59,602 nt of DNA, taken from the NCBI GenBank assembly GCA_016618085.1, contig JABLTG010000131.1:1-59602 (forward strand), written 5' to 3'. Within the stretch, counting starts at the first letter, position 1. The number at the start of each line of letters is the position of its first letter. Under the pieces are notes generated by a model. That model did not search any database. It saw only the letters and a list, made by a program, of their open reading frames with translations, and had not been told where the DNA came from. This DNA comes from Neovahlkampfia damariscottae. Its lineage: Eukaryota. The position numbers were made by a program, and so were the translations under genes. Below are positions 1-11,837 of this stretch, one piece after another.

Positions 1-747
1 GAGAGGACATGAAAATGGCTCTGGATGTTGGGGGGGATTTGGTCAAAAAAAATGAAAAATCCACGAAAATGGTCTTTTTTACTTCCTGTGGGGGGTGAAA
101 ATTAAAAAAAGTTAAATTCCCATCCGGACCTTCTGCTTCTACTACTGGAGAAGGAAATAAATGGGCTGCAAATGCAAAAGAAAAATTCACCAAGTGGATT
201 TCTCAATCTCCAAGAAATGGAGAATATCACGGAAATGCACCTGGTTGGAATAATATATTCGGAGATCCAAGGTATTTTATTTGTTTCTTTTTTTACTCTT
301 TCAAATAGTGCTTTTAGATCAAAAGACTTATTCGTTCATTATGCGCACCAAATGATTTTCAACGAAAATACAGTTGTTGATGGAGAAAACTCAATCCAAG
401 TAGGAGAAACAGATCATATTGTATTTCCTCCAAGCAATTTAGGTGCATATCCAATTGTTCTTTCTGTTGAATATGGAACTGATTCAAAAAAGATTGATGT
501 TACTGTAAAATTTCTTACATTCTTCATGGAACATGCAAAAGACACTGGAAGATTGAATGGAAAATTCACATGGAATAACTATTTTGGTGATCCAGTGTAA
601 GATTATTTTTTTATTTAATTTAATTTCAGACCATTTGTTAAAAAGAAAATCTTTATCAAATTTGCTTATCCAAAGAAGAGTGTGAACATTTTGGAAGTTG
701 AAAACAATATTGAAGAAATAGATTTTGAATATGAAGAAGATTTTTAA
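1..747 (+). CDS. 5'-partial protein with two SUEL-lectin/DUF3395-like 'N-x-FGDP' repeats
   Basis: Splicing introns 272-308 and 597-629 gives ...WNNIFGDPSAFRSKDLFVHY...VEYGTDSKKIDVT...WNNYFGDPVPFVKKKIFIKF...DFEYEEDF* (TAA 745-747). The first ~110 nt look error-prone (G/A runs break the frame). Confidence 0.5.
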
Positions 748-946
748 AATAAAATTATTTTTTACAAATTCTTGTATGTTTTGGAATTAAGTGACCAATC
801 ATTTTCTTGTATTTGAAGGTTTTTATTGGTTGTTGATATCTTGAAAGAAATACGAAAGGAAAGGGATTGCTACTCTCCATTCATTTTTCCTCCATCAGAA
901 GCTTTTATAGGTCAATTCTATTTTTTCAAAATTTGATTGGTCAACC

Positions 947-1495
947 ATGGTCTTCACCGCCACTTGTTTGTGTAAAGAAGTTGAACTTGAAGTAACAACT
1001 GTTGAAAATGCTTTTTATGTCATTTGTCACTGCTCAATTTGTCAAATCTCACACTCATCACCTTGCTATGGTGGATTAATCCTACAAAAACGAGACCAAC
1101 TTTCAGTGAAAAAAGGAAAAGAATTTTTGACTTTCTACAAAACAAATTCAGATAATTTCTCATGTAATAGATATTTCTGCAAAAATTGTGGCACAAAAAT
1201 GTTCAATGATTCAGACGACCATGCAGATTTTGTTGGAGTTTCAGCAACATTGATGATTAATGATTTAAAGATTAAAAAGCAACCAATACCAAAAGAATTG
1301 AAAAATCCATCAGGACACATTTATTATGGTTCAAGAATTTTAACCATTCATGATGGTACGTTTAAGTTTGAAACTCCTCCAATGAAAAGCTTTTTTGGTA
1401 ATGTTTACTGGGGTTCTTTCATGAGAGAATATCTTTCTCCTTTATTGCTTACATCACTTTCTGGATATTTCATTTATAAAAAATTGGGATATTAA
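947..1495 (+). CDS. GFA/CENP-V family Zn-binding protein with C-terminal hydrophobic anchor
   Basis: CLC...CHCSIC...RYFCKNCG cysteine pattern; hydrophobic tail LSPLLLTSLSGYFIY. Confidence 0.8.
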   Translation: MVFTATCLCKEVELEVTTVENAFYVICHCSICQISHSSPCYGGLILQKRDQLSVKKGKEFLTFYKTNSDNFSCNRYFCKNCGTKMFNDSDDHADFVGVSATLMINDLKIKKQPIPKELKNPSGHIYYGSRILTIHDGTFKFETPPMKSFFGNVYWGSFMREYLSPLLLTSLSGYFIYKKLGY

Positions 1496-1555
1496 AGTTT
1501 ACTTTTTCCACCATTTTTGTTGATCATTTTTCAACTTTTTCATTCAATATTTCAT

Positions 1556-1924
1556 TCAATCTGAATCATAGATATCAAATGATAATTCAAATATTGGATA
1601 AATTTGATAGTTTGATCCATTTCTAATGGTGTGGTGCTTAAAATTCACTAAATAACAAAATTCTTCATTATTTTGAATGTATTCAATAATATCTTCATTT
1701 TTTAAAGAAATATCAAAAACATTCAATGTAAATGATCTTTCTTCATTTGTTTTTGATTCACATATCCCCAGCAGTTTGAACTTGAAATTGATTTGTTCTT
1801 TAAACAGAAAATGCGGGTATTCCATGATAATAATTTGAATTTCAACAAAACAAGGACTTATTCCATCTAAATAATGGACATCTATATCAAAAAAACATAT
1901 TGTTTGAATATTTTCTTTTGTCAT
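1556..1924 (-). CDS. hypothetical protein
   Basis: 122-aa ORF with protein-like composition and no recognisable motif; overlaps the 5' end of the + strand ORF. Confidence 0.35.
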   Translation of the reverse strand: MTKENIQTICFFDIDVHYLDGISPCFVEIQIIIMEYPHFLFKEQINFKFKLLGICESKTNEERSFTLNVFDISLKNEDIIEYIQNNEEFCYLVNFKHHTIRNGSNYQIYPIFELSFDIYDSD

Positions 1925-2505
1925 CAGAAAAGTTGTTTTGTATTCTACAATTTTGATGAAAGAAATCGTTTACATTTCTCATCAAATGATCCAATAAACA
2001 CAATTCTTTGGAAATTTGGACATTCAAAAGAATTACCTTATCACTTTTTATCAAGACCTACAGAAGTTCTATTGACATTCCAAAGGATGTGTAAAGAAGA
2101 TTACAACTGGAAAAAACATGGTTCTCAAAGAATTCGTGAGTACACAGATAGAGATTTGACAGATGTGAAAGAAAGATTTTCTAGATCACCTCATCTTGTA
2201 TCTTACTTTAGTGGAAGATTAAAAAACGCTTGGAAACTTCAAAATCAAGTAAAAGAACTCGACATGGGTGTTTATTATTCACTTAAATCAGGAAAATCTC
2301 AATTAAGAACTGTTTTTACAAATGAGATTTTATCAGAAAAAACTAGAATGGTTTGTAAATGTGAAGACTTTTTTAGAGTTGCTCAAAATATTTTCCTTCA
2401 AACACAATGAATAATGTTAAAAGTGCATGTGAACTTAAATGCTCCGCAAATAGTCTTGAAGAAAATATCCACGAAGATGATTTATCACTTGATTACTATG
2501 AATAA
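1874..2505 (+). CDS. hypothetical protein (5' end uncertain; probable 1-nt indel near 2386)
   Basis: ORF 1874-2410. Adding one A in the A-run at ~2385-2388 extends it with YFPSNTMNNVKSACELKCSANSLEENIHEDDLSLDYYE*. Confidence 0.4.
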
Positions 2506-2547
2506 AATTGTTTTGGAGAATATTAGACACAAGAAAAAAAGTATATT

Positions 2548-3027
2548 TTACAACTTGCTTGCCCAGACATCATAATCTTCATCTTGTAGTATTGCTTCCC
2601 ATTGTGATCCTAATTTTCTTTTTCCGCTTGATAATTCCACAACAAAAGATGCATTTTCTGCTTCATCTTGTTTTACAAGGTAAGAAACAATATCGGTTGA
2701 AGATAACATTCCAATGAGTTTTCCTTCTTCCCTTACCAAAACATGATGAATTTTGCGATCAATCATGATAGAAGAGATTAGAGGAATAGAATCTGATCTT
2801 TCGACGTATACCAAATTTGAATTCATAATTTGATATGCATGGGTGAAAGAAGGTTTTAAATGAGGTACCAACATATCAGTTTTGGTGATAATTCCAACTG
2901 GTTGTTTTTTATCAAAGACAACAATGCTTCCGATTTTATGATTTAGAAATAAGGCTGCAATTGCTTTGATATGAGTATCCTTTTGGCAATAAATCATATC
3001 TTTCCAGTGTATTAAAATGTCTTCCAT
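2548..3027 (-). CDS. CBS-domain pair protein
   Basis: Two CBS motifs: KIGSIVVFD...PVGIITKTD and KIHHVLVREEGKLIGMLSSTD. Confidence 0.85.
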   Translation of the reverse strand: MEDILIHWKDMIYCQKDTHIKAIAALFLNHKIGSIVVFDKKQPVGIITKTDMLVPHLKPSFTHAYQIMNSNLVYVERSDSIPLISSIMIDRKIHHVLVREEGKLIGMLSSTDIVSYLVKQDEAENASFVVELSSGKRKLGSQWEAILQDEDYDVWASKL

Positions 3028-3168
3028 TTTGACGATTTTTTCTGATCAGTTGAATTGGATTGGCCAAAAATAAGATCTCATCTTATGTATTCGTTCGATG
3101 TAAATCACAGATTATATATTAAACTGTTAATGGAATTTAAGTATTGGGAGTATTTCAAAAAAATTTTT

Positions 3169-4274
3169 TTAATCAATAGAAATCAATTCAATTGATTCTT
3201 CCTCCATCAACTGTTTCATATCTTTCTTTTCTCCTGATAATTCTTTTTCATAATCAAATAATTGAGCATAATGTTGTTTTTCAATTTTCACCATTGGACG
3301 ACATCTTTCAACAGAAGTTACGACAATAATAGGGCTATATTTTGATTCTTTCAATTTCAAATCTAGCATTAAATAAGCACAAACAATCGCAGCACTCTTT
3401 GAAACTCCATCATCACAAAAGACTAAAATTCTACCTTTTGAATTTTCAATAAATTTGATTGATTCTTCGATCGGAAGCTCATTATAATCCGTAATTAAAT
3501 GTAATTGATTGATATATTTAGGTAAATCAACTTTCTTTGTGGATAAATTCAACACATTTTCTATTTTCAAATTTTGAATTTGTTCCAAAGAATTTCCATT
3601 AGAAAAATCTCCCAAGTACAAAAAATTGCTTAATATTTCATTTGGATACTATAAAATAAAGTTATTTTCAATCTATTTTTTTTACAGTCAAGAAAGAAGT
3701 TGAATTTGAGTCATCAATAGCATGACATAAAAATGAATAATTTTCTTGGAATTCTTCAAATCCATTGTGAATTAAAAGAATACCTTTAACTTTTGTTTCT
3801 AATTTTGAGACTAAAGATAAAACTTTTCCAAGATGATTTTCTGTTCCTTTTTTCTCTGCAAATTGTTTGGTTTCATTTTTCTATGAATCATTTTTAAAGT
3901 TAAAAAAAATTTACATTTGAATAGATTATAATATAATCAACATCTCTTTTTACAACTACAGGTATTATCATTTCCACTTTTTGAAGTTTTTAAAAAAAAA
4001 AGAATTTACAATTTTTTGAAGGTGGAATATTGACAGAATTGACAATACTTGATTTTTCAAAATGTTCTTTTTCTCTTGTATCAATTATAAATTTTTTAAG
4101 GTTGAAAAAGTTTATGGTGTTAAAAATAACACGACAATGTTTTGTTAAAATTTTTTTTCCAAATTCTTTTCTTTTGAAAGTGGTAAGTTGTTAATTTTTT
4201 TACTCTTGGTTTTTTTCTTGGTCTTTCATTTCTTTCATCATTTGTTTTTTCAGTGCTTTCATGTCGATCGCCAT
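3169..4274 (-). CDS. rhodanese (CH2) + dual-specificity phosphatase domain protein, MKP/STYXL1-like
   Basis: Spliced model with 4 short introns from ATG 4274: IIDTREKEHFEKSSIVNSVNIPP...LIHNGFEEFQENYSFLC...YPNEILSNFLYLGD...ILVFCDDGVSKSAAIVCAYLM. Confidence 0.8.
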
Positions 4275-4615
4275 TTTGAAGTGTGTTGTGTATTTGATCT
4301 AAAAATACCAAAATCCCTCCAATGGAAACCTCAATGAATTTTCAGTAAAAATTAAAAAAATAACTTTTGATTTACCATCCAAATTTACTTTCAGCACAAA
4401 ACATGTTTTTCGCAATATTCAATAAAGAGGAGAAAAAGTTTTCAATTCATTGGCACTTGAATTTTTTAAAAGTATGGGACATTTTCAGGATAAAAGATAG
4501 AAAAAAGGGAACAAACTAATAGAATATCTCCTCTAGATTACAGAAAATGATGAAAAATATCCCAACTACTGTTAGTAACTAATAGATATCAAAGGTCTTT
4601 TCACAATTTTAAACT

Positions 4616-5868
4616 TTATTCTATTTTTACAACTAATTTTCCTTTCGCCTTTCCAGACAATAAATATTTCATTGCTCTTGTAATTTCCTTAGGATTAAAA
4701 TCAACTTCACATTCAACGTCAACTTTCATTTCCTCTTCCAATAAAATATCCATAATCTCATTTAAATCTAAACAAAAAGAATTAGAATAAAATCATCAAA
4801 CCATCAGATGATTCTTCAATCCATAATTGATAATAACTTGGTGACCAAATAAAAGAACCTAGTTTCTTCCATGCATATGAAATTCCATAAGATATAGATT
4901 CACCAAAAGTATTTACATATTTTTCAGGTATTGCAGTGACAAATGTACCACTTGAAGATAATACTTGAATTATTTTTTCTTGGGCAGTAGGATCATCAAC
5001 TAAATCAATAAAAAAACTAACGTATTCAGTTTCTTCTTTTAACAGAACTTTTAGAAAATCTTCTTTTTCATAATTGATCACTCTATCAACGTTTAGTTTT
5101 TCTAAAGTTTCCATATTTTCACCACGACAAGATGCATATACTTTGGCGCCAAAATATTTTGCGAAAAAGCAAATCCATTGGCCCATAAAACCACTTGCTC
5201 CATGAACATAAACAACTTGATCTTCCTATTGGTGATTAGAAGTCAATAAAAAATGGAATAATTACTTGTTCAAAATCATGAAGTTTTAGTGCTTGCCATG
5301 CTGCCAATGTGTCAACTGGTATACAAGCAGCTTCTTCAAAACTCCAACAATCAGGTTTTAAATTTGTTTCTGAAGGATTTATCAAACAAAACTCTTTTAA
5401 AGTTCCTAGACCTTCCTCTGAAAGTAATCCAAAAACTAATGATTTTTAAAAGTAAATTTTTCCAACCTTCATCACCTAATTTTTTTTTAATTTTTTTTTT
5501 CTCTCACCAATTTCATATTTTGATTCTGTACCAACAGCAACAATAACACCAGAATATGATCTTCCAAGGATAGCATTTGGAAAATATAACGTTGGAAGTA
5601 AACCAAAATCTCCGTTCCAAATTTTAGCATCAAACATATTCAGACCAACATTGAGAACTCTTACTATTGCTTGATTTTGTATGAAAATTTCAGGAACTTC
5701 AATTTCAGTTGATAATTGACACTCTTGTTGGTATGCTTCAACAAAAATAGCTTTCATTGTTTCAGGTAACGTTAAATCATATTCACTTTCTTCATCACTG
5801 TCTTTTTCTGTCAATGAAATTCTTTTAACTTCATCTTCAAGATCTTCAACCATGTCTTCTTCCAACAT
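4616..5868 (-). CDS. medium-chain dehydrogenase/quinone oxidoreductase (RTN4IP1-like)
   Basis: VRVLNVGLNMFD, ILGRSYSGVIVAVG, VYVHGASGFMGQW, C-terminal GKAKGKLVV; several short introns. Confidence 0.8.
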
Positions 5869-6037
5869 AAGACAGAAAGATAATTGGTCAACAAAAAAAA
5901 ACGATCAAAAATGAATAATTTTTTTGAAAAATATACAGTCAACCTTTCAAAAAAAATAAATTGGAATCAAAAAAAAAAACTGCAACATTTTCATTGGTTT
6001 AAACTATCTCACACAAAAGTCGTTTAATTTTGAGGTC

Positions 6038-9000
6038 ATGACTGAACCTGGGAACAGAATAAGAAAAAGACGGAGTAATGTTCTGAAGAGTGTCTTTGGA
6101 GAAATATCAAAAATGGAAGACATCACAGAACAAAAAGAAAACGATGAAATGGATTGGAAAACATTCAAAGATGAAATTTATGTAGAAACCAGAAATTTTC
6201 CATTTTTATTAAAAAACGAAAAACATGGTGAATATCTTATCCAAGCAAAAAAACATCCAGGAAAAGTGGTTCATAACATTTTTGATTCATGGCAAGTTGT
6301 TGAGCATTATGCACCACTTTACGTACCTGAACCGTTACGATATAAAAAAGAAACATCACATATGTTTATTTTAGATGGAGATAAAAAAGATGATGAAATT
6401 GTCTATTCAATATCTTTAAATGAAAAATTATTAGGTGTACAAGAATTAGGTGTTTCAAACTCAGTTGTTATAAAAAGAATTAATTCAGAGAATAATTTAA
6501 AAGCAGAAGTTACAACATCACCAAAAAGAGAAAGTCTACAAAAATTATCAACAACATCAAATACACTTTCAGAAGGAGTTAGTTTTTTAAAGAAACATTC
6601 GTCTTTAGGAAGAAGTACTTTTTTAAAAAAAGCAAAAAGTAAACACACTGTAATTGGATCAGTTCCAGAGACAAATGAAGAACCATTAAAAAAAAAAGAA
6701 AAACAGTTCTATCCTTCATTATTTGAACGAAATCATTTTTTAACCATTTGTAGTTTACTTGAAAATACAAAAACTATTTTTCCACCTGATGTTTTATACA
6801 ATACTGAAAAGATTGATTTTACAAATAATTTATTAAGTTTTTGTAAACCATGTGACTGGAAACCAACAGAAGAAAGTTTTTGTGGAAGATATGTGGATCA
6901 ATCATTTCAATTTTTTGAGTAAGAAAAAAACAAGTTTAACAAATGAAAGTTCTGTTGAGTTTTTAGTAACTCATTTAGGTCAAAATTTAAAAACAAAATC
7001 ACATGAAATTTTATATTGTACACTTGCTCTTTATGATGTTTCAGAAAATAGAAAAGTTTCTGAAGATTTTAATTTTCAAATTATCAACAAAGACATTATT
7101 AAAGACAATGAAAAGAGTTCTGTTTTATTTTCATGTGTACAAGCAAAACCTAGCATTCATTTAGTATTAACTGTACAAGTTAAATTTTGTGGAAATCATG
7201 CTCAAGCGATGGCTCCTTATGCTAATGAACCAAGTAATTCAGCAATCAAAGTTAAAGTAGATACTGATTTTAAACAAAGAGTTTTTTGGACTTTCTGTAA
7301 AATGTTCACTGATAATGGTAAATTAAATACTGGAAAGATCAAAATGGATCAATTATATCAAATTCCACCAGATACAAAGAAATTTGATTATTTTGAAATT
7401 TTATCAAGAAAAAAAGGAAAAGCAGGTTGGCAAGATTTGGATAATAAGATCAAGTATGGAATTGATGGTGATTTTGATTTTGAAATTCAAATGTTTGATT
7501 TAGAAAAACATAGTGAAAAATATCCATTAATGACAACTCTTTCTAATACTCAAAACCCAAATATTTCTTTACAAAATTTATTGTTCATTTATCCAGAGAG
7601 TTTTAGTGCAAATATTTCAGGTGTTAAATATCCAACTATTGGATTTGATGTTTCTTATAGAGAAAATGATGAAGCTGCTCTTAACACCTTTTTTCATTCG
7701 TCAATTACACATGCAACTAAAAATCCATTTTTTTATGAAGAGATAAAGTTTGATCTGCCTATTATATTAGATAAAAGAGCAATCATCATTTTCACATTTT
7801 ATAATATCACTGATGACGAAAAACAAAATATTATTGGTTACTCATTTTTACCACTTTATCAAAATGAAAATATACTTTCAGATGCTTCAACAACATTGCC
7901 TGTTTTCAAAAGTTTATCTGGTGCATTTTCAGAAACTAAGAAAAAATCAGAATTAACTAAATCAACATTTACACTTCAATATAATGTGATTTCAAGTATT
8001 TATTTGACAAATTCAGTTTTACAATCATATTTCAGTTGTTTACAAACTTTTGAAAGAACTGAAAAAAATTCACCTTCAATGGAGTTAATCCTCAAAGGTT
8101 TATTGAAAAATTTTGAAGAAATTCAAAAATTAGATTTTACTGCAATTTTTAATCATTTTCCACAAATTTTGAATTCATTATTTGAAATTATTGGTAACAT
8201 TATAAAGTATGCTCCAAAAGATTTATCAAAAGAATTGCAATTTTCAGCATTAAAAACAATTATTGGAGTTGTTAAAAATGTTGCCCAATCAGAAGGAGGA
8301 AAAAGAAGTTTCAGTTTAAGTTCATATATTAAATATCAATACAGAGAATTCATGTTTGAAAATCCAATTCATTTGACATTACTTGATTTGCTCTTAGATT
8401 TCTTAGATCAAGAAACATCATCAAACAAAGATGAATCAACTGTTAGTTATTTAGATTTATGGAAATTCAATTACTTTTTTTTTGAAGTTATTTTAAAATC
8501 TATTGCTATTAATTTGAACAAAACCAATTCAATTCCTGATTATTCAGATAATCAAGGTTGGACAAAAAAATTCCCAAAGAATGATGATTTCTGTGGACAA
8601 TTGAAAAATTTTGTCACAGAATTTTGTATCAACATGTTTCAAAGTTATAAAAAGGACCCAGAAGTTTGTAAAAATGCAAATCGACATTTAGCTCTTTTCA
8701 TACGTGATCTAATTCCAATTTTACATAAATCACAAATTTATGAAGTGATAACAACATACCCATTTATTGAAATGTTAGAAGATCCATTTTTTGGTTGGAA
8801 ACTTGATTTCTTTCATATCATTTTTGATTCTGATCATATCATCGCAATTATTGCTGATAAATCATGTAAATATTTAGCAGGAAAATATGTTGGTGCTGTT
8901 TTAGATGCAATTAAACAAGAAGAAGATCATGAAATTAGAGAAACTGCAATTCATTATATTACCAATCATTTAGCTAAAATTGATGATGATATAAGATATC

Positions 9001-11045
9001 AATCAAAATCTGCAAAAGAATTTATAGCAGATTCTTATTGGTCATTGATTTCTACAATTGTAAAAACAGATGATTTATTACAATACTGTGAAATTAATCT
9101 TCCACTTCAAAATTTTTTGGATGCACTTCTTTGGTTAATTTCCAATAAAAATGATGATACCTTAAATGATTGGATGAAAAAACTAAAAGTTGACCAATTG
9201 ACAAATTTATTTGATTTATTGAATTCAATAGTATTGATTCATACTTCATTATTTGATGATCCTTCAATTGTACTTGATGATGAATATAAAAGAAATACTG
9301 AATCATTATTATACTTGAACAATATATTAAGTATTTTACTTGATCATTTAAAACCAATTTTTGATCAATTTAAAGAAAATCAAGAGAATTTGAATGAATT
9401 ATTAAATTCAATTTCTGAAATTTTCATGAATCTTTTGTTAAACAAAACAAAAAATTATTTCTCAGAAAAGGAAGCATTTTTGAAATTTGACTCTTTTGTT
9501 AAATTATCAAACTTTTTGGAGTTGTATATTGATGATTTGATTGTCAGAGATGATGATGTGAAAGATGTAAAAATGGGAAAAATTTTTGCATTGAAAAAGT
9601 TGGAATCACGTTGGAGAAAATTAGTTGGAGCTGTTTTAGCCAATGTAACACATCCATTAGAAGAGAAAACACATCCAATTGTGATTGATTGTTTAACAAC
9701 TTTAATAGCACCATACACAATGGAAGATGTAGCAAGAATCAAAAAAATTGAAACTAATGATGAAACTGATTTATTTTTTGATACAGAAAAAAGAGTTAAA
9801 GGTGCAACTTTAGAGAAATTAATGGAGTGTTTATTTCAAGTTGGACAAGTTGAAAAAGATTTTCCAAAGATGTTTATTTTGACATATCCTTCATTTGCAA
9901 CTTCAAAACAAGTTCTTTTGAATGTTATTTCATTTTTTGAAGAAAATTTTAACGAAAATATGATGCATCAAATTGCCGTTTTGGGATTCATTCCTGATTG
10001 GTTAAAAAGAGGATATTATGATTTGGATAATTCAAGTATTGCAACATTAATCAAATTTCTAGATAATAATATAATGATTTCAAAATTCAATACTGCACAT
10101 AATAAGATCAAAAGATATACACTTTTTAAATTATTAAATGCAGTTGAAGAGAATCAATTTAAATTACAAATCAAAGAAGAATTTGAAATACCAAAAAATG
10201 TTAAACTTGAAAAACTTGTAAAACCAAAAGTTAATATTCATCAATTTATGAAATTTCGTAAATTTCAAAAAATACCAAATCCATTTGATTATGAATTTAA
10301 TATTTTAGAATGGTCATCAGATGAATTAGCAAAACAATTAACAATTATTGAAACTGAATTATTTAAGAATATTGAACCAAAAGAATGTTTTGGTTTAGGT
10401 TGGTCAAAACCAAATAAATTAGATTTAGCACCAAATATAGTTGCAATCACTGATCGTTTTAATTATGTTTCTCATTGGGTTAAATATATAATCTTACAAG
10501 AGAAAGATTTAAAAAGAAGACAATTACTCCTTCAAAAATTTTTAGACATTGCAAAATATTGTGTTGAAAAGTACTTCAATTTTACAACTATTTATCAAAT
10601 CATTTCTGCATTGGATTCTGCTGGTATTCATAGATTAAAGAAAACATGGGATGGTTTAAAATCTTCAGATATGAAAATTTATGAACATACAAAAGGATTA
10701 GTAACACAACCACCTTATACAGAATTAAAAAAAGCATTGAAAGAAGCTGCTGCTTATCCAACTGTTCCTTTCATTGGTGTTTATTTGACTGAATTGACTT
10801 TTATTACAGATGGTAATCCTGATACTCTTGAGTATAATGATAAGAAATTAATCAATTTTTTTAAAAGAAGATTATTTTCTGAGACTATTTTGAGAATTCA
10901 ATTTTATCAACAAAATACTTATCAATTGGCTAGATTACCTTATTTGAATTTCGTTTTAACTCAATCTATAAAAGAAACTCCTGAAATGGATGATAAAAAA
11001 TTATTTGATGAATCTTTGATACTTGAACCAAGAAATAAAAAATAA
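6038..11045 (+). CDS. DOCK-C/D-type scaffold (DHR-1 C2 + armadillo region) fused to REM+CDC25 RasGEF, ~1658 aa
   Basis: Intron 6919-6949 joins the two long ORFs. DOCK motifs LALYDVSENRKVSEDFNF, NLLFIYP, FYEEIKFDLP...FTFYN. RasGEF motifs GATLEKL, FILTYPSF, LAKQLT, IHRLKKTW, VPFIGVYLTELTFITDGNPD, INFFKRR. Confidence 0.85.
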
Positions 11046-11149
11046 AAAAAATTTTTTTGACAGTTTTTTTACTTCAATTTTAATTTGACCAATAAAATTT
11101 GATGTTTTTGAGAAGAGTTTTGGTTGGTTTAAAAGTTAAACAAAAAAAA

Positions 11150-11837
11150 ATGAGTTTTTCAAAATCATTAAAACAACTTGATGAATTAATTTCTGAAATT
11201 CAACCAAAACAAGAAAAACAACAAGAAAAAAAAGAAAAAAAAAAACAACCACAACCAAAAAAAAATGAACAAACAGATGATCCAAAAATAATTTTTGGAA
11301 GAACAAGAATTCAAGTAAAAAAGAATAATTTAAATGACATTTAGGTTTCAAAAATTGTTAAAGCTGAAAATCATCCAAATGCAGATTCTTTGATGAAATG
11401 TTCAGTTGATGTTGGTGATGAGATTAAACCACTTGTTGCTGGTATCGTAAAATCATATAAACCTGAAGATATTTTGAATCGTTTGGTGATTACTATTATA
11501 AATTTGAAACCAATAAAATTAAAAGGTGAACCATCAGAAGTTATGTTATTTGCATCAACTGACATTAATACAAAAGAGTTATCATTATTAACACCACCTG
11601 AAGGATCAGAAGTAAGAAAAAAAATTAAAATTCAAAAAAAAAAAGCTTGGAGATAGAGTTATCCTTGAAGGAGCGGAAGAAGAACCTGCAGTTGATAGAA
11701 TAACAGCAAAACAATGGGAAAAAGTTGTTCCAAATTTTTCAATTCAAAATGGACTTCCAACACTTTCTGGAATTCCATTAATCACTAAAAAAGGTAAAAT
11801 CACTTGCTCAACAGCGGATGGATCAGAATTTCATTAA
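11150..11837 (+). CDS. EMAPII/Arc1p-like tRNA-binding OB-fold protein
   Basis: IQVSKIVKAENHPNADSLMKCSVDVG...LVAGI...NLKPIKLKGEPSEVML; two short introns; stop 11835-11837. Confidence 0.85.
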
